Counted from the stretch's first letter, positions 46,241 to 55,833 are shown. The stretch: 64,000 nt of DNA from a bacterium (GCA_041946805.1 JBHGBC010000002.1:101674-165673); one strand, 5' to 3'. Made by a program: numbers and translations. Notes: generated by a model from the letters alone, not told the origin.

Positions 46241-46696
46241 TCAAGCATGTTTCCACCGCAGCGGCAGCCAATGGATCAACACGGACCACAACGATTCCTT
46301 GCTCTCGCCGGAGTCATGCAGGGCGGCGTCGACGGTTTTGGCGAGGAGACGCGGATCGACCGGCCGGCCCAAGACGTGGGTGGCGTGAAAGCGGCCGATG
46401 CGTTTCTGTTCTTCCTTAGGCAAGGTGGTATAAATCAGGATCGCGCCGCAATGGGTGGCGACTCCCTTCAGCAGCCACATGCAATAGCTGGGATTTTGGA
46501 TTTCCTCGCTCTGGCCGAAGACATACAGGTCGAAGTGGTACAAATGAGCCTGACTGGAGAGGTCTAGATCATTGCGGGCGATGTGCACGATTCCGCCCGC
46601 GTCGTGAGCGATTTTTTGCAGGCTTTCGATTTCAGCGGGTTGCAATCCGATTGTCATGATGCGAACGGAGTAATTCGAATTTTGAGAGACGGTCAT
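46241..46696 (-). CDS. degenerate receiver-domain-like protein
   Basis: Flavodoxin-like pattern (HFDLYVFG, AILIYT, HVLGRPVD..LL..V) without phosphoacceptor Asp. Confidence 0.5.
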   Translation of the reverse strand: MTVSQNSNYSVRIMTIGLQPAEIESLQKIAHDAGGIVHIARNDLDLSSQAHLYHFDLYVFGQSEEIQNPSYCMWLLKGVATHCGAILIYTTLPKEEQKRIGRFHATHVLGRPVDPRLLAKTVDAALHDSGESKESLWSVLIHWLPLRWKHA

Positions 46697-47345
46697 GGCT
46701 TTGTTCCTTCCTAACCGTTCCTCCCCATCGGCTAATTCCCAGGCGGCATGACAAGGCAAAACAACCTACTTCACATCCCTAGTTAAAAGGATAGGAATAA
46801 AATGGAAGAATGTCAGTTTGGGGCCGGAAAATTCATTTTTTTTTATTCCTGCGGATGACGGATTGTGTATATGTCTATTTGAGATCCGGCGGGGAATGGC
46901 GATGGGATAATCACAAAACAGGAAGGCGTTCCCTCACCCGGATCCGCTCCCCTAAAGGGGGAGGGATCAATCAATCATTCTCACCGCCGAGGCGCAGAGG
47001 GCGTGGAGGGTTGTCTGAATCAGGATGACCAGGATGAACAAGAGGATCGGGATGGGGTGGATTGCCGCAAGGCGCAAGACACACGACCTGGTTTGATTTG
47101 AATCTCCGCCGGGGATGAATGGGAATAGATGTCGGGACAGACGGCGGTTGGGTGAAAAAAGAACCTATTCAGACGGGATTGAACTGATTGTCTTCCACTT
47201 CTTTCCGGGAAACGGGATGTTGGCTTCAAAAACCGGAGAAGGCATGCGATGATCCCCTGGGTCCGTGACCTGTGAAAGAGAGAACCTTTCTGACAATCGC
47301 GTATGATTCCAATTCATGATCCAAAGGCGGGAAAGGAGAGAGGTG

Positions 47346-48551
47346 ATGTCCAACAAGCAAGCGATCCGGTCCAACCGGCGTGGATTTTTGAAGACCGGCC
47401 TGGCGGGAGCGGCGGCGTTCTCCCTGGTCAAGGCGGACTCGGCGCACGGCGCGCCGGCCAATTCGAAGATCGAAGTGGGGATCATCGGCAGCGGCGGGCG
47501 GGGGCATTACATAAGCAAGAAGATGATTACTAACGCGGAAAAGGACATCCAAATCGTGGCGGCGCAGGATCCCTTCGCGGACCGTCTGGAGAGCCTCGGC
47601 GAGGCCTTCGACGTGGCTAAATCCCGCTTGCACAAGGGAGTGGAAGCCTACCACGATCTGCTCGCCTCGCCCCTGGACGCGGTGGCCATCACCAGCCCCC
47701 CCTATTTCCACCCCGAACAAGCGGCGGCGGCGGTGAAGGCGGGCAAGCATGTCTGGCTGGCCAAGCCGGTGGCGGTCGACGCGCCCGGATGCCAGAGCAT
47801 CATGGCCAGCGCCAAGCAGGCGGAGGGCCGCCTCACCTTCCTGGTGGATTTCCAAACCCGCAACAGCCCGAAATTCCAGGAATGCCTCCAGAAGGTGCAC
47901 GACGGCGCGATCGGGGATCTGGTCATGGGACACGTGTATTACCATACCGGACGGCTGAATCCTCACGACAAGCCCGGCATGCCGGTGGACGAGGCGCGGC
48001 TGCGCAACTGGGTCTTCGACATCCACCTCTCCGGCGACATCATCGTCGAGCAGAACGTGCACGTGCTGGACGTGGCCAACTGGTACCTCCGCGCCCATCC
48101 GGTCAAGGCGTTCGGAACCGGCGGGCGCAAGGCGCGGGTGGATGTGGGCGATTGCTGGGACCACTTCATCGTGACCTATTGGTATCCCAACGGCGTCAAG
48201 GTGGATTTCAGTTCCACCCAGTTCGTCAAAGGCTATGACGACATGTGCATCCGCATGTACGGGACCAAGGGAACCGCGGATTCACACTACTGGGGCGTGA
48301 TCCATATCACCGGTGACAACCCGTGGGAAGGCACCGGGAAGGATAACACCATGGACATCGGCGTGGATAACAACGTGCTCGATTTCGTCAAGGCGATCCG
48401 CGGGAACCAGCCCATCAACCACGGCCAATACGCGGCGGAATCCACCATGACGGGCGTCTTGGGGCGCATGGCCGCCTACGAGGGCCGGGAAGTGACCTGG
48501 GATGAAATGCTGGCCAAGCAAGAGAAATATGAAGTGAAGTTGAAGTTGTAG
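47346..48551 (+). CDS. Tat-exported Gfo/Idh/MocA oxidoreductase
   Basis: NRRGFLK signal, IGSGGRG, SPPYFHP, GKHVWLAKP, SGDIIVEQ.VH..D. Confidence 0.92.
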   Translation: MSNKQAIRSNRRGFLKTGLAGAAAFSLVKADSAHGAPANSKIEVGIIGSGGRGHYISKKMITNAEKDIQIVAAQDPFADRLESLGEAFDVAKSRLHKGVEAYHDLLASPLDAVAITSPPYFHPEQAAAAVKAGKHVWLAKPVAVDAPGCQSIMASAKQAEGRLTFLVDFQTRNSPKFQECLQKVHDGAIGDLVMGHVYYHTGRLNPHDKPGMPVDEARLRNWVFDIHLSGDIIVEQNVHVLDVANWYLRAHPVKAFGTGGRKARVDVGDCWDHFIVTYWYPNGVKVDFSSTQFVKGYDDMCIRMYGTKGTADSHYWGVIHITGDNPWEGTGKDNTMDIGVDNNVLDFVKAIRGNQPINHGQYAAESTMTGVLGRMAAYEGREVTWDEMLAKQEKYEVKLKL

Positions 48552-48706
48552 ATTCCCATCCCCAGGAAAAAGGGATGGCATTGATCTTTCTGGCTCAGAA
48601 TCCGGCTTTTTAATGGTTGGGGCGGCCGGCGGGCCGCCCCAGGAGGATATTGGGCCACGCTGCGCTTTGAGCCCTCCCTGCATTTGTTTTTATCCCGCGA
48701 ATTCAT

Positions 48707-49783
48707 CTATTCCACACAGTCTTCCGTCCAGGTTTCGGCGCCGAAGAAGTCGATATTGAAGTCGAGCACGGTGGCCCCTTCCTGTTTAAGGGCGCGGCGG
48801 ACCTGGTGTTCACGTTCGGGGCGGCAATAGAAGAGGACGCATCCACCGCCGCCCGCGCCGCAGGCCTTGCCGCCGATCGCGCCGTTGTCCAGCGCCGCCT
48901 GGAAAACGCGTTCGATGCCTTCGTTGGTCACCGAGGGATGCAGGCGTTTCTGGCATTCCCAGTTGCGGTTCAGCAATTTCGCGAAGGGGGCCATATGCCC
49001 GCCCAGGAGAGCTTCCTTCATTTCCAGCGCGATGTCCTTCATCTCGTCGATTGCGCCGACCGTGTTCGGATCGTGGTTCTCGAAGCGTTCCTTCACCCGC
49101 GCGTGGATATCGCCCGAGAGACGCGACTGGCCGGTGTAGCACAGCACCAGGTTCTTTTCCAATTCCAACGCCACCGCGCGGGACACATTCAAGGCCGAGG
49201 ATCGGACTTCCTCGCCCCGGAACTCCAGAAAGAGCAGCGAGCCGAGCGCGCTGGCGTAGTGGTCCTGTTTGCCTCCCAGAATACCCAGTTCCTCGCGTTC
49301 GATACGGCTGGCTTCCTCGGCCAGTTCGTAAGCCAGAAAATGGCGGCCGGCGTACCGGCTCAGGGCGGAGAGGAGGGCCACACCCATCGAGGCCGAAGTC
49401 CCTAGTCCGCTTCCGGGAGGCGCGATCGACTGGGTAATGAGGGTGAATTCCCGTTCCACGCCCAGCCGTTTCACCGCCGCCTTGACCAGGTCGATGTTGC
49501 CGTCGTATTCCAGTTCGCGGATGTTTTCAGCCTGCACGTAGAGGTCGAAATCGCTCGAATAGAGGGTGATGCCGCGATGCGGCACCCCGCCCCGTTCACG
49601 CAAGGCCGGTCCGCCGTTCCCCTCCAACACCGCGCCTTCGCTGATGGTCACGAACGAATAGACGTTGAGGGCCGCGTTCACCACATAACCCGGCCGCGTC
49701 CGGCAAAAGTCCGGCACATCCGTCCATCCGCCCGCGAAATCAATCCGCACCGGCGCGCGGGAGCGCATCAGTTTTTCACTCAT
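48707..49783 (-). CDS. GHMP kinase, HddA (heptose-7-phosphate 1-kinase)-like
   Basis: APVRIDFAGGWTD, PPGSGLGTS, GKQD, GGKACGAGGGG. Confidence 0.85.
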   Translation of the reverse strand: MSEKLMRSRAPVRIDFAGGWTDVPDFCRTRPGYVVNAALNVYSFVTISEGAVLEGNGGPALRERGGVPHRGITLYSSDFDLYVQAENIRELEYDGNIDLVKAAVKRLGVEREFTLITQSIAPPGSGLGTSASMGVALLSALSRYAGRHFLAYELAEEASRIEREELGILGGKQDHYASALGSLLFLEFRGEEVRSSALNVSRAVALELEKNLVLCYTGQSRLSGDIHARVKERFENHDPNTVGAIDEMKDIALEMKEALLGGHMAPFAKLLNRNWECQKRLHPSVTNEGIERVFQAALDNGAIGGKACGAGGGGCVLFYCRPEREHQVRRALKQEGATVLDFNIDFFGAETWTEDCVE

Positions 49784-49813
49784 GCTGATTTCCTTTGCTG
49801 GGTCATAGCCCTC

Positions 49814-50395
49814 TCACGGTTCGATTTTCGTTCCCAACACTTGCAAGAATTTCCTCAGCCAGTCCGGATGCGCGGGCCAGGCGGGCGCGGTGACCAGGCG
49901 GCCGTCCACGTGCGCCTGATCGAGGGGGATGTCCATCCAGTTCCCCCCGGCGGATTTCACATCCGGCCCCACGGCCGGGTATCCCGTGCACGTCTTGCCT
50001 TGCAGCGCGCCGGCCGCCGCCAGAAGCTGCAAGCCGTGGCAGACCGCCGCGATGGGCTTGTTGGCGCTCGCGAAGTGCCGCACGATTTCGATCACCCGCG
50101 GATTGAGCCGGATGTATTCCGGCGCGCGGCCTCCAGGGAGCAGCAAGGCGTCGTATTCCTCGGCGCGGATGTCGTCAAAAGAGGCATTCAGCGGGAAGTT
50201 ATGCCCCCTTTTTTCACTATACGTCTGATCGCCCTCGAAATCGTGGACCGCCGTCCGCACCGTGTCCCCCTTTTTCTTGCCCGGACAGACGGCATGCACC
50301 GTGTGTCCCACCATCAGCAGGGCTTGGAAGGGGACCATGATTTCGTAATCTTCCACGAAATCGCCCGCCAAAATCAAGATCTTCTTCGCGCTCAT
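49814..50395 (-). CDS. DJ-1/PfpI family protein
   Basis: [40 protein letters not shown]. Confidence 0.93.
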   Translation of the reverse strand: MSAKKILILAGDFVEDYEIMVPFQALLMVGHTVHAVCPGKKKGDTVRTAVHDFEGDQTYSEKRGHNFPLNASFDDIRAEEYDALLLPGGRAPEYIRLNPRVIEIVRHFASANKPIAAVCHGLQLLAAAGALQGKTCTGYPAVGPDVKSAGGNWMDIPLDQAHVDGRLVTAPAWPAHPDWLRKFLQVLGTKIEP

Positions 50396-50734
50396 GGCTT
50401 TTTCTCCTTGAATGAGACCGGTTCGTATTCCCCATTGTAACGCGGAGGCGCCAGGGATTTTACCCCCGGATACGATAGGGCCGGGCGTGCGCCGGAAATG
50501 GTACCCCAAACTGATACAAATCCATCTCTTCCGGCTGCCGCAGGCCAAACACCCGCGCCACGGAAAACCCCACCCCGGCCCCCTCCCCCAGCGGGGGGAT
50601 CGAATCCGTACCGCCATTTTCCCCGGATCCGCGCGCCGGGCCGGATTCATGCCGCTTCGCTGGCGCTTGAAAGACAATACGGTCTTTCGGTACATTATTC
50701 ATTACGAAAACTCGAAAGAACCCGGGATATTTAT

Positions 50735-50983
50735 GGTTTATCCGGCCAGTGCGTACAGGATGGGGAAAATCGTATTTCAATTCTCTGACTCCGAACCGAA
50801 GGAAACTCATGGCCTTCCCAGCCGGCGTTTAGAATCCACCGAGGGGATCGGCGCCGGGGAAAGGCTTTCCCTCACCCTGGCCCTCTCCCAGAGGGTGAGG
50901 GGATTTAGGCTGGCTCCCTCCCACCCGTCGAACCGATATCCAGCCATGTATTCGGAAAAATGTACGCACTGATCGGATGAACC
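50735..50983 (+). mobile_element. MITE copy 4 (249 bp) with near-perfect 8-bp TSD
   Basis: TIRs GGTTTATCCGGCCAGTGCGTAC / GTACGCACTGATCGGATGAACC; flanks ATATTTAT (50727-50734) and ATACTTAT (50984-50991). Confidence 0.85.
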
Positions 50984-51137
50984 ATACTTATACTTCACCC
51001 TCACACACTTTGGTTTTCATGTGGTCAAGGATCCTGGGGAATGGCTCCGAGTGATCACTTCACGCGTAGCCGGCGATTGAAATCCAGCACGGCATGCCAG
51101 TCAATCGCTGAAACTTGGAAAGAATCCCAAAGCCGTT

Positions 51138-52625
51138 ATGTTCAAATCTCTTTCCTTTCGCATCCAACAACGTCTGGTTGAAAAAATCGCCGCCTGTCAC
51201 GGCGATCCCAGTGATATCCGCCACCGCGTGCGGGAGGGCGAATCCAATTTGATGGATGTCATCGCCCGGGAGGTGGATGCGATCTACCCGGATGTCATCG
51301 CGGAACTGATGGCTCTACCACAAGGGGAGAATCCTGCGGTTTTATACGAGGCCTCCGGGCAGACATTATTCAGCCAGCGCGTGAAAGCGGGAGTGATCGA
51401 AGCAATCTACGGGGAACCGCTCAGCCCGCTGTTGCTCATTCTCCCCGAACCAAGTGGAGCGATACGGCCGCGGGACAATCCGTTCGCCGGCCCGGTCCAC
51501 GCGGTCTGCGTCGAATACCTGCCCAATTTCGCGAACGAGCTGTATCCCCTGCTGGTGGATGCGTATATCGACGATCTATCGCGGCCGGATTCGAGCCGGA
51601 CACCGGTCGCGGGAGTGCACGTGTCATGGCTGGATGACAAATTGCGCGCAAGGCGGGCTATCTATTACCGGCCGGATGAAAACGAATTGATCGAAACGTC
51701 TCTTGTTCCTCCCGTGGAAATCGAGAGTGTCCATTTTTTGGCGGTTTCGCCGTCATGCCATCAACTCTACAGCGAACGTTTCACCCGGCGGGGAATCCCA
51801 CCGTTGAATCCTTATGCGGCCTCGATGCGGGCGGACGATAAATACGGGTGTTTTTTGGAATGGAGAAAGAACGGAGTTCCCACGCCGGAAGCGGTGTTGA
51901 TTCCCAGGTCCGAAGCCCGGGACGCGCCGGCCGCCCGGAAACGGATCGAAGCAGCGTTTCCCGTCTTATTCGGACCGGAACCGAAAGACGAAGTCCTGTT
52001 AATGGTTCAACCCAACCGGGGAACGGAAGGACGGGGAATCCGGGCCTTTCGCGGTCCCGGCTCGTGGCCAGGGATGGCCGGACGGCATCCGGACATCCTG
52101 GAACATGTCCGGCGGATCGCGTCCGGTGATGACGTGCTGCTCCGCCAGGGGGTGGGCAACTTGCTGATGCATGATGCCATACATAGGAAGAACGTGTGTT
52201 TTGATATACGATTGAACGTGGCCGCCGGCCGGGTAGAGAGCGGATATCTGATGGCCGCCGCTCCCGGAGAAATCGTCACCTCGCCCACAGCCGGCGGGCG
52301 GATTCTGGAATGGAAGCAACCACAACGGCCTCCCGTTGACGTGATGGGGCCGGCGGGCGGTTTGGCCTGGAACGCGGAGGCGTGGCAGGTCATTGAACGC
52401 GCGGCGGAGACGGCCGCGGCCTGTTTTCCGGAATGCCGCCTGGTGGGCGTGGACGCGCGGCTGGAGTGGGCCGGCGGACAGTTGATCCCCTGGATTTTGG
52501 ACATCAATCCCCGGCCGGCGGGACTCGCTCATTCGCGGTACTTTGCCACCGGCGAACCGGGCGTAACCCAACGGCTGTGGCAGGACCTGCACAATTTGAG
52601 GAAGAGATCGGGTGAAGGAACTTAA
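51138..52625 (+). CDS. divergent ATP-grasp (RimK-like) protein
   Basis: N....ADDK......GVPTP, P.RGTEGRG, DIR, GVD, D.NPRP motifs. Confidence 0.7.
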   Translation: MFKSLSFRIQQRLVEKIAACHGDPSDIRHRVREGESNLMDVIAREVDAIYPDVIAELMALPQGENPAVLYEASGQTLFSQRVKAGVIEAIYGEPLSPLLLILPEPSGAIRPRDNPFAGPVHAVCVEYLPNFANELYPLLVDAYIDDLSRPDSSRTPVAGVHVSWLDDKLRARRAIYYRPDENELIETSLVPPVEIESVHFLAVSPSCHQLYSERFTRRGIPPLNPYAASMRADDKYGCFLEWRKNGVPTPEAVLIPRSEARDAPAARKRIEAAFPVLFGPEPKDEVLLMVQPNRGTEGRGIRAFRGPGSWPGMAGRHPDILEHVRRIASGDDVLLRQGVGNLLMHDAIHRKNVCFDIRLNVAAGRVESGYLMAAAPGEIVTSPTAGGRILEWKQPQRPPVDVMGPAGGLAWNAEAWQVIERAAETAAACFPECRLVGVDARLEWAGGQLIPWILDINPRPAGLAHSRYFATGEPGVTQRLWQDLHNLRKRSGEGT

Positions 52626-52644
52626 AAAACATGCCTGTTTGAAA

Positions 52645-52804
52645 GTAGAGGCACGTTGCATCGTGCCCCTGCCATGCCATCGGGCAGAAACGTAGGGTGA
52701 GTTGAGCAACGCGAAATCCACTCACCTCTGTAATGTGGGGTCTTAGTATTTGGAGTCCCCCTTCGGGGACGATTTAATATAGCCCAGGGTTATTAATCCT
52801 GGGC
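52645..52804 (+). repeat. cluster of REP-like palindromes
   Basis: GTAGAGGCACG..CGTGCCCCT, GTAGGGTGAGT..ACTCACC, and two-hairpin module 52750-52804 homologous to 58114-58168. Confidence 0.65.
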
Positions 52805-52839
52805 AAACCTGACGCGTCACGAGATTCGAGGAGACAGAC

Positions 52840-53850
52840 ATGGCCAGCATCATTGAAACCTTCGCATACGCCCGGGCGGGGCTGATCGGCAACCCCTCGG
52901 ATGGATATTATGGCAAGACCATTTCCATCTCGGTGCGCAATTTTAGGGCGCGGGTGCTGTGCCACCCGGCGGCGAACCTGGAAATCCGCGGCAGTTCCAT
53001 CGATCAGCCCGTGTGGCGCTCCATTGACGAACTGCGCGAAGGGGTGAAGAAATACGGTTACTATGGGGGGATCCGCCTCATCCGGGCGATCATCAAACGC
53101 TTTGCCGACTACTGCGACGAGAAGGGGATCCGGCTGCCGAAACGCAACTGCGCGATCGAGTATGAATCCGATATCCCCGGCCGCGTGGGACTGGCCGGCT
53201 CGAGCGCGATTATCACCGCCACCCTGCGGGCGTTGATGCAATTTTACGAGGTCGAAATTCCCAAGGAAATCCAGCCCAATATCATCCTGCAATCGGAACG
53301 GGACGAGCTGGGGATCGGAGCGGGACTGCAAGACCGGGTGATCCAGGTGTACGAAAATATGGTGTACATGGATTTCGACCGGGAACTACTGCAAACGCAG
53401 GGTTATGGGCGATACGAACCGATGGATCCCGCGCTGCTTCCGAATTTATACATCGCGTATGACACCCGCCTCAGCGAAGGATCGGAGGTGTTCCACAATA
53501 ACATCCGCGAACGCTTCGACCGGGGCGATCCGGAAGTAGTCAGCGCCATGAAGAAATTCGCCCAGTTCGCCGAAGAGGCCCGGCAAGTCTTGCTGGCCGG
53601 CGAAAAAGAAAAACTGCCCGATTTGATGAACCAGAATTTCGATTTGCGCTCCTCGCTGTACAAACTCCGGAAAAGCGATCTGGACTTGGTGCATTACGCC
53701 CGGCTGGTCGGGGCCTCCTCCAAGTTCGCGGGCTCGGGCGGCGCGGTCATCGGGACCTACGAGGACGAACGCATGCTTCGCCGTCTGCGGGAAGTGTACG
53801 CCAAACTGGGCGCGGAAGTGATCATCCCCAAAATCACCGCGGAAGACTGA
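52840..53850 (+). CDS. GHMP kinase, glucuronokinase-like
   Basis: AR.GL.GNPSD.Y.G.TIS, YGG.RL, IP...GL.GSSAI, ELGI.AGLQDRV.QVY, SKF.GSGGAV. Confidence 0.82.
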   Translation: MASIIETFAYARAGLIGNPSDGYYGKTISISVRNFRARVLCHPAANLEIRGSSIDQPVWRSIDELREGVKKYGYYGGIRLIRAIIKRFADYCDEKGIRLPKRNCAIEYESDIPGRVGLAGSSAIITATLRALMQFYEVEIPKEIQPNIILQSERDELGIGAGLQDRVIQVYENMVYMDFDRELLQTQGYGRYEPMDPALLPNLYIAYDTRLSEGSEVFHNNIRERFDRGDPEVVSAMKKFAQFAEEARQVLLAGEKEKLPDLMNQNFDLRSSLYKLRKSDLDLVHYARLVGASSKFAGSGGAVIGTYEDERMLRRLREVYAKLGAEVIIPKITAED

Positions 53851-53859
53851 AGGACTTCA

Positions 53860-53996
53860 GTAGGGGCGGACCTAGGTGTCCGCCCCGGCCGTAAACGGAG
53901 GGGCGGGATTCCGGGAGGGCGAGGCTCCCGGCGAGCTGCGATAACTCATGATGAAACACGAACTATCTCCCCCCGGGAAGCGGGCCAGGTTGAGGG
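53860..53996. repeat. composite REP cluster
   Basis: GTAG REP 53860-53886, GGAGGGCGAGGCTCCCGGCGAGC element, degenerate CCCTCACCC-family copy 53966-53996. Confidence 0.65.
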
Positions 53997-54102
53997 AAAA
54001 CCTCTCTCTTTGGTTACCCTTATGCCTCTCCAGGCGTAAAATGAAAACAAAAGGCTATTTTTTCCCGGCGGGCGCCCCCCTGGGAATCCAAGGATCGAAC
54101 GT

Positions 54103-54345
54103 ATGAAAACCATCTTCTATTGGATGGCCGGTCTGGGCTTGATCGGCCTGATGAACGGATGCGCCGGCATGGAAACCAGCCGCGCTCCCTCGGATTTCTC
54201 GTGGACGAACGATCTCAATCCCGCCTACCAGAAACTCACGCCGGATTGGGAAATCATCGACTTGACCCCCTCCAGCCTGGCCGGGGACCGGCGGCTGGTG
54301 GGCGAAGAACAAATGGGGTGGGACGCCGTGGAAGCCCTCCGTTGA
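54103..54345 (+). CDS. small lipoprotein
   Basis: MK plus hydrophobic stretch plus lipobox-like MNG-C; 80 aa. Confidence 0.65.
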   Translation: MKTIFYWMAGLGLIGLMNGCAGMETSRAPSDFSWTNDLNPAYQKLTPDWEIIDLTPSSLAGDRRLVGEEQMGWDAVEALR

Positions 54346-54354
54346 TACACTCCT

Positions 54355-55833
54355 TCACGGCTTGCCGCGCAGTAACGACGGCTCGGTGGGCATGAGGCTG
54401 CGCAAGCGGCGGCGGGCTTTTTCTTTGACAATGGATTTCAGGGGCACGTTTTCGGATATGTAGGAGAGAGTCGGGACCGCCTCGCTTTTCCGCGCGGGCT
54501 TGCGGAGCCGGGTCATTTCTTCGATGGTTTTTTCGAGCTGCTTCCCGATCCGGTAGTACACGTAGAATTCCTCGCGGGATATCATTTCCTCGTTCAAATA
54601 AGGCCACGTGGTCATCAAAAACCGGTCTTCGTCCTCAAAATCCTCCGGCTCCAGCACGATTCCCCGCAAATGATTCTCGCCGATGCCTTTCTTCTCTTTC
54701 GCCCATTCCCACACTTCGGTGGCGGGCAGGATCTGCAGCGGAGCAAAGGAGACATTGTCGAACACATCCGTGTTGGACAGCACGAAATCGAAGTTGGAGA
54801 GGATATCCTGGCGGGTTTCGCCCGGCGTCCCCATGATGAAGCACGAACTGTATTGCACCCCGTGCTTCCGGCCCAGGCGCAACGCCTCCTCGTTTTCCCG
54901 GGCCGTGCAGCCGCGCTTCCGGAGCTTGTTAAGAATATCGGTGGAGCCGGATTCGAATCCGATGTTAAGCACGTGGTTGTTGATGGAGGCAAGCGCGGAA
55001 ACGACCTCGTCATCCAGCAGGTTGGCCCGGACAAAACACCGGAATTCAAGTCCCTCGTGCAGGCCGCGCTCACGGATCATCCGGCACAATTCCACCACCC
55101 GTTTCTTGTTGACGATGAACAAATCGTCAAAAATCAGGATTTCCGGCGGATTGTATTCCTCGCGGATGAGTTCGATCTCCTTGACGACGTATTCGTTGGA
55201 GGGATTCCGGAATCCCCGCCCCCAGTGATGGATGGTGGAACAGAACGAACAATCGTACGGGCATCCCCGTGACGTCATGATGTTGACCATCCCCCCATGG
55301 CACGACCACTTCTCGTGGATGAGCCGCCGGTCCGGATAGGGGATGGCGTCCAGATCGGTGAGCGGCTCCCGCTTGGGCGACCGCTCCAGCCGGCCCTCCT
55401 CGTTGTGGAATAGCAGGCCGGGAATCTTCCGCAGGTCCTCGGGCCGGAACGCCTTTCGCTCCTTCCAGAGCCGCACCAGATCGGCGAACGCCTCCTCGCC
55501 TTCGCCCAAAATGGCCACATCGAATACCGGATACAAATGCGTGGGCATGGTGGAGACGTGCGGGCCGCCGCAGATCACCGGGCATCCCAGCGCGTCCTTG
55601 ATTTTTCGCGCCTCGCGGGCCGCGTACGAGTAATTGAACGTGACGAAGGTCAGGCCCACGAAATCGGGCTGGTGGGGGATCAGGTCTTCCGGCCGGCGTT
55701 CGACCACGAAATCCGCCCCGCCGGCATATTTTTTTACATACGCCGATAGATAACCCAAACCCAAGGGGGGAACGTAAGACCAGGTGTTGTCGGTTTGCGG
55801 ATAGCAGGCCAGAGACAGGCCGATCGTAACCAA
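54355..55833 (-). CDS. B12-binding radical SAM protein
   Basis: PPLGLGYL, GGPH, GEGE, TSRGCPYDCSFC, GFESG, G.PGET. Confidence 0.92.
   Translation of the reverse strand: MVTIGLSLACYPQTDNTWSYVPPLGLGYLSAYVKKYAGGADFVVERRPEDLIPHQPDFVGLTFVTFNYSYAAREARKIKDALGCPVICGGPHVSTMPTHLYPVFDVAILGEGEEAFADLVRLWKERKAFRPEDLRKIPGLLFHNEEGRLERSPKREPLTDLDAIPYPDRRLIHEKWSCHGGMVNIMTSRGCPYDCSFCSTIHHWGRGFRNPSNEYVVKEIELIREEYNPPEILIFDDLFIVNKKRVVELCRMIRERGLHEGLEFRCFVRANLLDDEVVSALASINNHVLNIGFESGSTDILNKLRKRGCTARENEEALRLGRKHGVQYSSCFIMGTPGETRQDILSNFDFVLSNTDVFDNVSFAPLQILPATEVWEWAKEKKGIGENHLRGIVLEPEDFEDEDRFLMTTWPYLNEEMISREEFYVYYRIGKQLEKTIEEMTRLRKPARKSEAVPTLSYISENVPLKSIVKEKARRRLRSLMPTEPSLLRGKP

Noticed and set aside
50396..50695. 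100-aa N-terminal extension on the DJ-1/PfpI ORF
   Set aside because: Family homology and an AAGGAG RBS place the start at 50395; the extension runs through REP-like DNA
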